Positions 1 to 10,600 of a DNA stretch of 64,000 nt are shown in pieces; the stretch's first letter is position 1; every line of letters starts with the position of its first letter. Position numbers and translations under genes: made by a program. The notes beneath the pieces are model-generated. The model saw only the letters and a program-made list of their open reading frames with translations. It did not search any database and was not told where the DNA came from. This DNA is from Candidatus Poribacteria bacterium (GTDB taxonomy: Bacteria; Poribacteria; WGA-4E; PCPOR2b). Location of the stretch: NCBI GenBank assembly GCA_965198175.1, contig OZ240245.1:1600001-1664000 (forward strand). The letters are read 5' to 3'.

Positions 1-2
1 AG

Positions 3-3000
3 TTGAATCTTGCCAACAACGCTATCTCGGATGTGTCGCCCCTGTTGGCGTTAAACCTGGCAGGGACATCGTGGGACAGCACAGGGTTGCATCTTGAGGG
101 CAACCCCTTGAGTTACACCTCCATCTACACACACATCCCCGCCATTCAAGCAAAAGGGGTTGAGGTAAAGTTTGACAACCGAACGGCTACGACACTTTTG
201 AAAATCACAGGCGCGGTTTCGGCGTCAAATAACAGGCTTACCGTTGAAGTGCGAGATAGTGATGGACGTATATTTGAAGGGGTTCCGGTGACATTTACTG
301 TCACTTCAGGCGGTGGAACACTCAGTGTCACGAACACAACCACTGATAAGAAGGGCAGGGCACAGAGTACGCTCACGCTGGGGAAGGAATCGAATCGCGT
401 TACCGTGTCTGCCGTTGGCACTGAACACACGGTAACCTTTAGCGATGTGGCGGAGGATGGGGTACACATCCCTGACCCGATCCTGCGCGCTGCGATTGGA
501 GCGGCTCTGGACGTGACACCGGGTGACCCAATCAGCGTGGAGGAGATGGCGACTTTGACGCACTTTAGGGCAAAAGACTGGACGGAGGGAGCTTCCATTG
601 GCCTGCTGACTGGGCTCGAGTTCGCAACTAATCTAACAGAGCTGCGTCTTGGGAACAATAGCATAACGGACATCTCACCACTTTCAGGGTTGACCAACCT
701 GACAACGCTGAACCTTGAGACAAATAGCGTAACGGATATCTCCCCGCTTTCGGGCTTAACCAATTTGACAAACCTGCATCTTACCGGTAACCACATAACA
801 GACATTTCGTTTCTGTCAGACTTAACCGGTTTGACAGTACTGCGTCTTGAATACAACCGCATAACGGACATTTCGCCTCTGTCAGGGTTAACCGATTTGA
901 CAGAGCTGCGTCTTTCTGGTAATAACATAACGGACATCTCCCCGCTTTCGGGATTGACCAACCTGACAAGGCTGGAACTTCCCAGCGGAATAACGGACGT
1001 GCCGGTAATTGTACGGATACTTTCGAGGTTGCCCCATCTGACATCACTGGGACTTTCCAATAGCAATATAGAGGATGTGTCGGCACTTATACCGGTACTT
1101 TCCGACTTAACCGACCTGAGAGTTCTGAATCTCTTTGGCACCGGCATGACTGACCTCTCGCCCTTGGCGGGCTTAACGCATCTGACAACGCTGTATCTTG
1201 GAAACAACTCAGTATCGGATATCACGCCTCTGGCAGAATTAACCAATTTGACAAGCCTAAATCTTTGGGGCAATAATATATCGGATGTCTCACCCCTGTT
1301 GGAAAATACAGGATTGGGGAGTGGAGGCTGGAGTTGGGTTAATGTTCAGGAAAACCCCTTGAGCTACCAATCTATCCACACGCATATCCCAACCCTCGAA
1401 AGTAGAGGCGTTACGGTTTACTTTGACAATCAAGCGCATCCCGCCCTTCTGAAAATCTCAGGCGATAACCAGAGACGTACGCCCGGTAAAACCTTGGCGA
1501 ATCCGTTCGTCGTTGAAGCACAGGATGAAAACGGTTTAGCGCTCTCAGGGATTTCGGTTAACTTTACTGTTACCTCAGGCGATGGCATGCTCAGTGTACA
1601 GAGCCCAACCACCAATGCCAACGGTAGGGCACAGAGTACTCTCACGTTGGGGCAAAACTTAGGAACGTACACCGTGCAGGCTTCTGCCGTTGAAATTGAA
1701 GTGTCGGTGACCTTTAATGCCGAAGGCACCCGAATACCCAAGAAACTTGAGATAATCTCGGGCAAAGACCAAGCGGGTTTACCCGGTGATGCGCTTGAAA
1801 AACCGTTTGTCGTGGAAGTACGAGATGAGTTCGATAAACCCTTGCCGGGAGTTCAGGTCACGTTCACGGTCACTAGTGGCGATGGTACGCTCAGTGCGAC
1901 AAGCGTCACGACGGACAGCAACGGCAGGGCGGAGAGTATTCTCACATTGGGACCAAATCCGGGGACGAACACTGTTACTGTGTCTGTTACAGGCAGTCAG
2001 GAGACACGGACGTTCAATGCCGAAGGCAGCCGAATACCCAAGAAACTTGAGATAATCTCAGGCGATGACCAAGCGGGTTTACCCGGTGATGCGCTTGAAA
2101 AACCGTTTGTCGTGGAAGTACGAGATGAGTTCGATAAACCCTTGCCGGGAGTTCAGGTCACGTTCACGGTCACTAGTGGCGATGGTACGCTCAGTGCGAC
2201 AAGCGTCACGACGGACAGCAACGGCAGGGCGGAGAGTATTCTCACATTGGGACCAAATCCGGGGACGAACACTGTTACTGTGTCTGTTACCGGGAGTCAG
2301 GAAACACGGACGTTCAATGGCGAAGGCAGCCGAATACCCAAGAAACTTGAGATAATTTCGGGGGTTGACCAAGCGGGTTTACCCGGTGATGTGCTTGAAA
2401 AAGCGTTTGTGGTGGAGGTACGAGACCAGACAGATAATCCCTTACCCGGTGTCGAGGTCACGTTTACCGTCACCGCAGGCGATGGTACGCTCAGTGAGAT
2501 AAGCGTCACGACGGACAGCAACGGCAGGGCGGAGAGTATTCTCACATTGGGACCAAATCCGGGAACGAACACTGTTACTGTATCTGTTACCGGGAGTCAG
2601 GAAACACGGACGTTCAATGCCGAAGGGATTCGAATACCCAAGACATTGGAGATAGTCTCGGGCAAAGACCAAGAGGGTCTGCCCGGTGAGGCACTTGAGA
2701 AAGCGTTTGTCGTAGAAGTGCGCGACCAGACAGATAAACCTCTGCCGGGTGTGGAGGTCACGTTTACCGTCACCGCAGGCGGCGGGACAGTCCAACCCGA
2801 AATCGCCACCACCGATGAAAACGGCAGGGCGGAGAGTACCCTTACCCTTGGCAGCACGCCCGGCACAAACACGGTTCGCGTGAGTGTTGAAGGAAATACC
2901 CAGGCTGTCGCCACACTGACCATCGAAACCGTGAGGGTGTTTGCGTTGTCAATCCCAGCGGGCACGCATCTAATCCATATCCCGTTGGCTGTTAACCAGA

Positions 3001-4163
3001 TTAACGGCGAAGATGCGACGATTGAGACCGTCGGCGACCTATACAACGCGCTCGGCGATGAGGTCAACTTCATCATTACGGTCGGCGACGACGGTGGATG
3101 GAAGACCTACCTCGGCGATATCAGCACGGGTACCGTGGCGGACGCGGCAATCGAGGACGATACCGGTTTGATTGTGGTGATGTCCGACGCCAAGACGCTT
3201 GAACTCGTTGGCGATGCGTTAGGTACCGACAGCGCTTCCATGATTAGCATTGACGTGGGGAACAACCTCGTCGGTGTACCGCTTGAACCGGACGACATGA
3301 GCATGATTAGCGACCTGCTGGTCGACGGTGTCGGTGCCATCGCGGTCTCCAAAGCCGATGGAATGGGATTCCACACGATTAGGGAACCCGGTCAAGACGG
3401 TGATGGTCCTATCGTGGGCGGTGTCGGCTACCTTGTTGTCTACATTGGAACGGAGGCAACCAGCATCCCGATAGTCGGTTCCGCGTGGGAGAATTCCGGA
3501 GCCGTTTCGGCAGCGCCTGCAGTGGCGTTCGACGGCACGCACACACCGGTGCTGTATGTTGAGGGCGGCGTTATGGACGAGTTCAACATGTTGGCACGGG
3601 TTCCGGAGCTGCGCGTCACTGTGAAGAACCTGTCTACGGGCGCCTCGCTCGACACCGTTCTCGGAACGGAGCTATCGGCGACAGCGTACAGCGGGACGTT
3701 TGTTGAATTGAGCCGCCACGCAGCGAAGGCTGGTGATGTGCTGGAAATCGTAGCGCATGCACCCAACCCATTCGTTGGTGTTCGACCGGTTCCGCAGATT
3801 GTCGTGAGCGCGGAAGAGGTGTTGACGAGCCGTATCAGTCTGCCCGACCTGGAACTCTACGAGATTCCGTCGGACACCGAGCTGTTGGCGAATTACCCGA
3901 ATCCGTTTAACCCGGAGACGTGGATACCGTATCAGTTGGCAGAAGATGCAGATGTCACGTTGACGATTTATGATACCAAAGGTGTGACGGTTCGTCGTCT
4001 GGATTTAGGGCATCAGTTGGCGGGTTATTATGCAGATCGAGGCAAGGCAGCCTACTGGGACGGTCGGAACGATAACGGAGAGTCTGTTGCCAGCGGTCTC
4101 TATTTTTACCAATTGGGGACGCCGTCTTTCAGTCACGTACGGCGGATGGTAATTTTGAAGTAG
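3..4163 (+). CDS. 5'-truncated large surface/secreted protein: internalin-like LRRs, Big_1-type Ig repeats and C-terminal FlgD-Ig/T9SS-CTD-like domain
   Basis: 22-aa LRRs (LxxLxLxxNxITDISPLSGLT); ~100-aa Ig units (PFVVEVRD...GVxVTFTVTxGxG...TDxNGRAxSxLTLG); C-terminal LLANYPNPFNPETWIPYQL...YWDGRNDNGESVASGLYFYQL...RRMVILK. ORF is open to the window edge. Confidence 0.9.
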   Translation: MNLANNAISDVSPLLALNLAGTSWDSTGLHLEGNPLSYTSIYTHIPAIQAKGVEVKFDNRTATTLLKITGAVSASNNRLTVEVRDSDGRIFEGVPVTFTVTSGGGTLSVTNTTTDKKGRAQSTLTLGKESNRVTVSAVGTEHTVTFSDVAEDGVHIPDPILRAAIGAALDVTPGDPISVEEMATLTHFRAKDWTEGASIGLLTGLEFATNLTELRLGNNSITDISPLSGLTNLTTLNLETNSVTDISPLSGLTNLTNLHLTGNHITDISFLSDLTGLTVLRLEYNRITDISPLSGLTDLTELRLSGNNITDISPLSGLTNLTRLELPSGITDVPVIVRILSRLPHLTSLGLSNSNIEDVSALIPVLSDLTDLRVLNLFGTGMTDLSPLAGLTHLTTLYLGNNSVSDITPLAELTNLTSLNLWGNNISDVSPLLENTGLGSGGWSWVNVQENPLSYQSIHTHIPTLESRGVTVYFDNQAHPALLKISGDNQRRTPGKTLANPFVVEAQDENGLALSGISVNFTVTSGDGMLSVQSPTTNANGRAQSTLTLGQNLGTYTVQASAVEIEVSVTFNAEGTRIPKKLEIISGKDQAGLPGDALEKPFVVEVRDEFDKPLPGVQVTFTVTSGDGTLSATSVTTDSNGRAESILTLGPNPGTNTVTVSVTGSQETRTFNAEGSRIPKKLEIISGDDQAGLPGDALEKPFVVEVRDEFDKPLPGVQVTFTVTSGDGTLSATSVTTDSNGRAESILTLGPNPGTNTVTVSVTGSQETRTFNGEGSRIPKKLEIISGVDQAGLPGDVLEKAFVVEVRDQTDNPLPGVEVTFTVTAGDGTLSEISVTTDSNGRAESILTLGPNPGTNTVTVSVTGSQETRTFNAEGIRIPKTLEIVSGKDQEGLPGEALEKAFVVEVRDQTDKPLPGVEVTFTVTAGGGTVQPEIATTDENGRAESTLTLGSTPGTNTVRVSVEGNTQAVATLTIETVRVFALSIPAGTHLIHIPLAVNQINGEDATIETVGDLYNALGDEVNFIITVGDDGGWKTYLGDISTGTVADAAIEDDTGLIVVMSDAKTLELVGDALGTDSASMISIDVGNNLVGVPLEPDDMSMISDLLVDGVGAIAVSKADGMGFHTIREPGQDGDGPIVGGVGYLVVYIGTEATSIPIVGSAWENSGAVSAAPAVAFDGTHTPVLYVEGGVMDEFNMLARVPELRVTVKNLSTGASLDTVLGTELSATAYSGTFVELSRHAAKAGDVLEIVAHAPNPFVGVRPVPQIVVSAEEVLTSRISLPDLELYEIPSDTELLANYPNPFNPETWIPYQLAEDADVTLTIYDTKGVTVRRLDLGHQLAGYYADRGKAAYWDGRNDNGESVASGLYFYQLGTPSFSHVRRMVILK
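1700..2880 (+). repeat. Tandem 300-bp intragenic repeats (4 Ig-domain units)
   Basis: Anchor cgaataccca recurs at 1731, 2031, 2331 and 2631; the first two units are nearly identical at DNA level. Confidence 0.95.
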
Positions 4164-4245
4164 GTGGTTGTTGCCCAAAAAGGAACCCGAGTCAGAGAAG
4201 TAACGCCTCACTTGCTAGAAACCGCTTACGTTTTGCGTATACGTT

Positions 4246-5265
4246 ATGATTAAGTACATCTCACAACGACTGCTCTCCATGGCGCTTTCCCTCTTTGGTG
4301 TGTCGGTCCTCGTCTTCTTTATGGTTCACCTGATTCCCGGCGATGCGGCGCTCACAATTTTAGGCGAACGCGCCACCGCGGGAGCGTTGGCTGAACTTCG
4401 TCAACAGATGGGGCTGGATCAGCCGCTTTATCGGCAGTATGGGGTGTTTCTTTGGGACCTGATCCACCTGGATCTCGGGCGATCGTTTAAGACAAATGAG
4501 CGGGTAATTGATGAAATCCTACGCTATTTCCCGGCAACGGTTGAATTGACAGTCGCGGCGATGGGATTATCGATAGTTTTCGGCATCGGTGCGGGCATCA
4601 TAGCGGCGGTCAATCGCGGCAGGTTTTGGGACTATACCACAATGTTTGGATCGCTGGCGGGAATCTCAATGCCAATTTTCTGGCTGGGGTTGATGTTAAT
4701 CTTGTTGTTTGCCTACGCGTTTCCGATTTTCCCAAGTTCCCAGCGATTGGACACTGTCTTGGATCTTGAGATCAAACATCGCACCCACTTTTACTTGCTC
4801 GACACGCTGCTCTCCGGGAACTTTGCTGCGTTTCGGGATGCAATCTGGCATCTGATTCTCCCCGCGGTGACGCTTGGTACAGTTCCGTTGGCAATCATTG
4901 CACGCATGACGCGATCCAGTCTGCTGGAAGTGCTTAACCAACAGTACATCATGACGGCGCACGCAAAAGGGCTTCCCAAATCGACGGTTGTGCTCAAACA
5001 CGCGCTGAAAAATAGCATCAATCCCGTGTTGACTGTTATCGGTCTGAATTTTGGATACTTACTCGGCGGTGCAATCTTAACCGAACACATCTTTTCCTGG
5101 CCCGGACTCGGTTCATGGCTGCGCGCCGCTGTCGAAGCCAGAGACATTCGTCCGGTTCAAGGAGGTGTGCTATTTGTGGCGACGGTTTTCATGACCGTCA
5201 ACCTGATTGTTGATTTGCTCTACATCTACTTCGATCCACGTATCAGAATTGGAGAAGACGCATGA
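4246..5265 (+). CDS. dppB: Peptide/nickel ABC transporter permease (DppB/OppB family)
   Basis: IPGD...GLDQPLYRQY N-terminus, LILPAVTL, RMTRSSLLEVL...TAHAKGL (EAA loop), FSWPGLG, FDPRI. Confidence 0.92.
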   Translation: MIKYISQRLLSMALSLFGVSVLVFFMVHLIPGDAALTILGERATAGALAELRQQMGLDQPLYRQYGVFLWDLIHLDLGRSFKTNERVIDEILRYFPATVELTVAAMGLSIVFGIGAGIIAAVNRGRFWDYTTMFGSLAGISMPIFWLGLMLILLFAYAFPIFPSSQRLDTVLDLEIKHRTHFYLLDTLLSGNFAAFRDAIWHLILPAVTLGTVPLAIIARMTRSSLLEVLNQQYIMTAHAKGLPKSTVVLKHALKNSINPVLTVIGLNFGYLLGGAILTEHIFSWPGLGSWLRAAVEARDIRPVQGGVLFVATVFMTVNLIVDLLYIYFDPRIRIGEDA

Positions 5266-6104
5266 GCGGGAACCGTCGCAGGATTTATCGAAGACTTCTG
5301 AGTCACAGATCCGGCGCGATTGGCGCCTCAATTATCCTCTGCTTTGTCCTCGTGGCAATCCTAGCTCCATTTATTGCAACGCACGACCCACGCGACGCTG
5401 ACGTCGTCGCGCGTCTCAAGGGATGGTCGTCAGAACACTACTTCGGCACCGATAGGGTAGGCAGAGACGTTTTCAGCAGAATCGTTCACGGCTCGCAAAT
5501 CTCTATCAAAGTAGGGCTGGTTGCGATGACGTTTTCAATCTCCATTGGTGCGCTGGTGGGAATTATCGCCGGCTACTACGGTGGTTGGCAAGACAACACC
5601 ATTATGCGCCTGATGGATATGATGCTTGCCATGCCGAGCATTCTGCTCGCCATGGTGATTATCACCATCTTGGGACAGAGCCTCATCAATGCAATCATCG
5701 CTGTTTCGATTGTTTATATCCCACAATATGCCCGCATTTTGCGAGCGTCCGTCCTAAAAATCCGTGAGGAAGAATATGTGATGGCAGCAAGAGTCATCGG
5801 TGCCAGTGACTTTCGTATTTTGACAACGGCAATTATACCGAATTGCCTTGCGCCGCTAATCGTTCAGGCAACGCTCGGCATGGGAGCTGCCATCCTTGAC
5901 GCCGCGGGACTCAGTTTCTTGGGGCTTGGCGCCGAAATCGGCGAGCCGGAGTGGGGCGCTATGCTCAACGAAAATCGTGCGCTCATCCGCCGGGCGCCTT
6001 GGACAGTCATGACGCCAGGCGCTGCCATTTTCCTGATTGTCTTGGGTTTCAACTTGCTAGGAGATGCCTTGCGCGATGTCTTAGATCCGCAAGTAAAGAC
6101 GTAA
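5262..6104 (+). CDS. dppC: Peptide/nickel ABC transporter permease (DppC/OppC family)
   Basis: HYFGTDRVGRDVFSRIVHG, EYVMAARVIGAS, LSFLGLG, PEWGAML, GDALRDVLDP; 4-bp overlap with dppB. Confidence 0.92.
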   Translation: MSGNRRRIYRRLLSHRSGAIGASIILCFVLVAILAPFIATHDPRDADVVARLKGWSSEHYFGTDRVGRDVFSRIVHGSQISIKVGLVAMTFSISIGALVGIIAGYYGGWQDNTIMRLMDMMLAMPSILLAMVIITILGQSLINAIIAVSIVYIPQYARILRASVLKIREEEYVMAARVIGASDFRILTTAIIPNCLAPLIVQATLGMGAAILDAAGLSFLGLGAEIGEPEWGAMLNENRALIRRAPWTVMTPGAAIFLIVLGFNLLGDALRDVLDPQVKT

Positions 6105-6166
6105 TTCGGAAGCCCCGCTAGGATGGCTGAGAAACCAATGAAATCTGAACAAGGAGTATCGAAACA

Positions 6167-6478
6167 TTGCCAATAAATGAAGGGCGGAAATTATCTTATC
6201 CGTCCGTTAAACTTCCAATAAAAAAATATCAAACCATCGCTTCGGTTGCCGCTATAATCGGTTTCCTATTGGGTGCACTCATTCCACTCTCTGCCTTTGC
6301 TATGGGAATCTGGTCATGCCCGTTTGGATCCGGCGTGGTATCCACCGGCGGATTTATGTTGCTAATGGGTATTCTGGGCGCGGTCCTAATCGGAAATGGA
6401 ACTGCGCTGCTGTTGATTCTTATTAAGAAACCCCGTCAGGCGTCAAATTCTTGCTACAAAGAAAGGAATAAAGACTGA
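6167..6478 (+). CDS. Small hypothetical membrane protein (2 TM helices)
   Basis: AAGGAG upstream of a TTG start; two hydrophobic segments; stop lies 1 bp before the next gene. Confidence 0.6.
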   Translation: MPINEGRKLSYPSVKLPIKKYQTIASVAAIIGFLLGALIPLSAFAMGIWSCPFGSGVVSTGGFMLLMGILGAVLIGNGTALLLILIKKPRQASNSCYKERNKD

Positions 6479-6479
6479 G

Positions 6480-7268
6480 ATGCAACTGGTTTGGCAAATT
6501 CCCTTAATTTTAATAACCGGAATCGCCGCAGGCTTCCTAAACGTAGTTTCGGGCGGCGGTTCATTACTAACGCTACCGATGCTAATATTCCTCATGGAGC
6601 ACAACGGCTTACCTGCCACCGTGAAGGCGACCGCGAAGGCGAACGGTACAAATCGAATAGCTGTTGCTATACAGTGTGCAACCGGCGTCGTGGGATTTCG
6701 AGTCAAAGGATTTTCTGACTTTCGCTATAGCGCTTTACTGACTATTCCAGCAATCCCAGGAGCTATAATTGGAGCTATAATTGCGGTTCTCATTGGCGAG
6801 GTCATTTTCAAGAGGGTGTTGGCGGCTATCATGGTGGGAGTGTTGGCTTTGACTTATCTTAGTCCGACGAGAGAACCTGAAGGCGAGGGTAGCACCCAGA
6901 GCGTGGGGCGCAGGATTGTCACAACGTTCGTCTTCTTTTTCATTGGCATTTATGGCGGCTTTATCCAAGCGGGGGTTGGTTTTATTATTATTGCTGCACT
7001 AACATCGATAAACAGTTTTGATCTCGTTCGTGCAAATGCAATTAAGCTGTTTGTTAGTTTCTTTTTCACGATTGTCGCGCTAGGAGTCTTCATTCAGAGT
7101 GGCAATGTCGATCTGTTTTTGGGGTTAACACTCGCACTTGGGAACGCGACTGGCGCGTGGTTCGGCAGTCATTGGGCGGTTGACAGAGGAGAAAAATGGA
7201 TCAAAGTTGTGCTTGTTGTCACCTCGATAGCTTTTGCAATTCGGCTCGTCTGGCAAACCTTTGGGTAA
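6480..7268 (+). CDS. TauE/SafE (TSUP) family membrane transporter
   Basis: GIAAGFLNVVSGGGSLLTLP, ANGTNR, GIYGGFIQAGVG motifs; about 8 TM segments. Confidence 0.9.
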   Translation: MQLVWQIPLILITGIAAGFLNVVSGGGSLLTLPMLIFLMEHNGLPATVKATAKANGTNRIAVAIQCATGVVGFRVKGFSDFRYSALLTIPAIPGAIIGAIIAVLIGEVIFKRVLAAIMVGVLALTYLSPTREPEGEGSTQSVGRRIVTTFVFFFIGIYGGFIQAGVGFIIIAALTSINSFDLVRANAIKLFVSFFFTIVALGVFIQSGNVDLFLGLTLALGNATGAWFGSHWAVDRGEKWIKVVLVVTSIAFAIRLVWQTFG

Positions 7269-7394
7269 TCGAAAAAACGCAAGTTTCTTTCCAAAATATC
7301 AAAGCTTACACGTCACTGGCGAAACCATTGCTAGGTACTTGGACAGATAAAAGTATCAATTTGCCGTTTGAAAACAAGATATACTTAATATCAG

Positions 7395-7423
7395 TTGACA
7401 TTGCATGAAGTTTGTGATAGAAT
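7395..7423 (+). promoter_or_regulatory. Sigma70-type promoter with extended -10
   Basis: TTGACA (7395-7400), 17 bp, TGa-TAGAAT (7418-7423), upstream of the 7602 CDS. Confidence 0.75.
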
Positions 7424-7601
7424 TGTCGTAGTTTAACTTCAGGTTTACCGCTCATCTGTAAGGCTTCCCCGGATGTTAAATCGTCTGTAAGTAACTCAAA
7501 TGCATAATGGGGGTGTATCGAAGTTACATTAACCGCAAATCTGTCTCTTCTTCGATGCTGAAGCTACTGGATCGGGTAAAATGCGTGGAGGTTGGCTGTA
7601 A

Positions 7602-10600
7602 ATGCGCCGCTGTGCTTTGCTGTTGTTATTCTGTTGCATCGCTCATCGAGTTTATGCGGAACCCATGCATCCAAGTCCGCCTAATGGTACACATTGGCGC
7701 TGTGGGACGCCGGAACTCATTCGGCATACAACACGCCCGGCTCTACAACTGCCGCAGATCCCGGCAGCTCCAGCGCCTGAAGTGCACCTCGGGCAAATTG
7801 ATCGGTTCTTCACACATATCCCCGAACAATTGGTGAAGGGCACCTGTATTGCTATCGGCGAGCACATCTACATCTACATCGAAAATTCGGTGCTCGGTCT
7901 GATAAACGAAGCTCAGGCACGGGACATTGCCGCTGAGTTTGATTCGCGTATCTACCCGCAAGTTCACCGCTGGATTGGCAGTGAATGGAAGCCGGGCTTG
8001 GACCGGGATGCTCGAATAACGCTCTTTATACACGACGTGGGATTGAATGATTCAGCTCAGGACATCGGCGGCTATTTCTCACCGACCGATCAACGCCGGA
8101 CCGATTTCAACAGCAACCGGCGAGAGATTATCTTTGCCGATGTGTTCCTGCTCCAGGAACGGGGACGCTTTATCCTCCACGCCCTCCTGGCTCACGAATT
8201 TGCGCACCTCGTCAACTGGTATCAGAACGGTGGAACTACCGATGAGCGGTGGTTGGAAGAAGGGATCGCATCGTTCGCGGAATGGGCAATCTACGGGAAT
8301 GTCCACAACATCTTTGTCGATGGCTATCTAAGAGATCCAAGCGTTTCGTTAACGACTGGAAATACCCGCGATGTCTATTATGGGGCGGCTTTCATGTTTC
8401 TGCTCTACGCATTCGAGAATTACGGCGGTAGGGAGTTCATTCGTGAGCTCGCTCGCCAGGATCTGCTCGGTATAAACGGAATTAACGCGGCTTTAGCGTC
8501 GCTAGGTAGGTCGGAACGTTTTGCCGATGTCTTTCAAAATTGGGCGATTGCGAACTTCGTCAACGAAATCAGACGCGGGCAAATTTTCGGGTATGATAAC
8601 CTACCGAATAAAAGGGTGGAGAGAGGAGTTGAACGTGCGGTTAACAGCTATCCTTCGATTCGATTGGACAACCTAGAGGATTGGGGAGTTCGTTATGTCA
8701 CCTTTCAGAATCTACCGCTTCAAATCGAAATCGCACTCGATGGTGCTAGCAAGGGGGAGATGTATGCACAGGTTGCGCGCATTCCGAGACGTGGCACTCC
8801 ATCGACCAATCCACTGCGATTTGATGAAAACAACAACGGTCGCATCGAACTGAACAATCTGAATCCGACAGACAAGGTCATCCTAATGGCAACAACAAAC
8901 TCCGCGCAATCGTTTCGGTATGCAGGTACGTCTGATGGGAATTCCGGCATCGTCGTAGGCGCGCCGCGTCCGGTTGATTCATCAATCGTTGCGCCGGGCA
9001 CGGTTACGCGAGCAATAGGCAATCGTGGGCAGCCGATTCAGAAACGATCAAATATTTCCTATAAGTTGGAACCGATGCGTCAGGTACACGTGTCGAGCAG
9101 TTATCAAAATGTAGTCGTTGTCGGGAAATACGCCTATGCCGCGAGTGACTGGGGATTGGAAATCTTCGATTTAGCAATCCCAACACAGCCAGCGCGAATC
9201 GGGGAAATCGCCACACCGGGAAACGCTCAAGAGGTCGCCGTTGACGGAGACACAGCTTATATCGCAGATGGAGCGGAAGGGCTACAACTTATTAACATTC
9301 AGCAACCGGCGGCGCCGCAACTAATCGGGACGGTCAAGGGTTTCACGTTCGCTCATCGAATCCAGATTGCCAACGGCTATGCTTACACAGTAGATAGGGA
9401 AAACGGGCTCTTGATTTATGACTTGCAAGAGTTGCACGATGCAATTGAACCGAAACCGATTAGTTCGTTTCACACGGTCGGTGCAGCCCTGGCTGTCTGG
9501 GTTGATGGTCATACGGTGTATTTGAGCGATCGACATCAAGGGTTTCAGATTCTCGATTTTGAGAGAATCGACATCCCCGCCATCATTGGCAAGGTTGACG
9601 TGATCGGCTTCGATTTTCAGGTCGAAGACGGCTACGCTTATGTTGCATCGGGGGACTTTCGGATTGTCGATGTACGAGATCGATTCAACCCAAAAGTAAT
9701 CTCGACATTGCGGACACCTGGAACCGCAGCAAATATTAAATTTCGGAATGGGTACGTCTATCTGACCGACGTCGAGGCGGGGTTTTATCTCATTGACGTT
9801 CGTAATAAACTCCGCCCTGAATTCGTCGCCCGCCAATCCATAACCGGCAACGCAATGGGGGTGAGCCTATTTACACCTGACGACGGAACCGCCATTGCGT
9901 ACATCGCGGGTGAAGGTGGAGGTTTGCATACCATCGATGTGAGTCAACTGAGTAATCCGCAGTGGCTGCATCGTTATGACGCTTCGGGCGAAGCTTACGG
10001 ACTAGATGTTGTTCAAGTCGAAGGCGGTGGGCGGATGGCATACATCGCTGATGGAAGTGGCGGGTTGAAGATTGTCGAAATAGAGGAGGCGTTTGATGCA
10101 ACCTTAACACACTACATACCGATAGATGTAACTGCAACGGATGTTCGGGTTGAAGACGGGCATGCGTACATCGCGGCAGGTGAAGAGGAAGTGCTCATTC
10201 TGGATGTGCGGGATGTCAACCGTCCAAATGTTATTGCGCGAATTTCAACCTCCAAACCGGCGATGGGCGTTGAGATTGACAACGGATACGTATATGTCTG
10301 TGCAGGCGAACTCATCGTCATTGATGTTCGAAACCTCAATCGGATTCGTATTGTCGCACGACAGCGCATGGCTGGCAACGCCCATCGAGTGGCAATCGAC
10401 GGAGTACACGCTTATGTCGCCGCCCTTGACGGAGGCGTACAGATATTCAACGTCCAAAATCCAGCCGCGCCCCGCGCTATCGCGAGTTACGAAACAATCG
10501 GCAATGCAACGCATGTTACTGTCGCAGAGGACCGAGCGTATGTGCTGGATAGCCGTGCGGGCGTGCAGTTTCTGGATGTCGCCGAGCCGCAGCGACCGGT

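Noticed and set aside
146..3766. Long minus-strand ORFs opposite the LRR gene (and similar ones opposite tuf, the TPR gene and others)
   Set aside because: Antisense shadows of repetitive or biased coding sequence.
7426..7570. 6S RNA or a known riboswitch
   Set aside because: Pairing is too limited and no diagnostic motifs were recognised; kept only as an unassigned structured leader.
7507..7836. 109-aa ORF overlapping the protease start
   Set aside because: Out-of-frame overlap with a well-supported gene; no RBS or family features.
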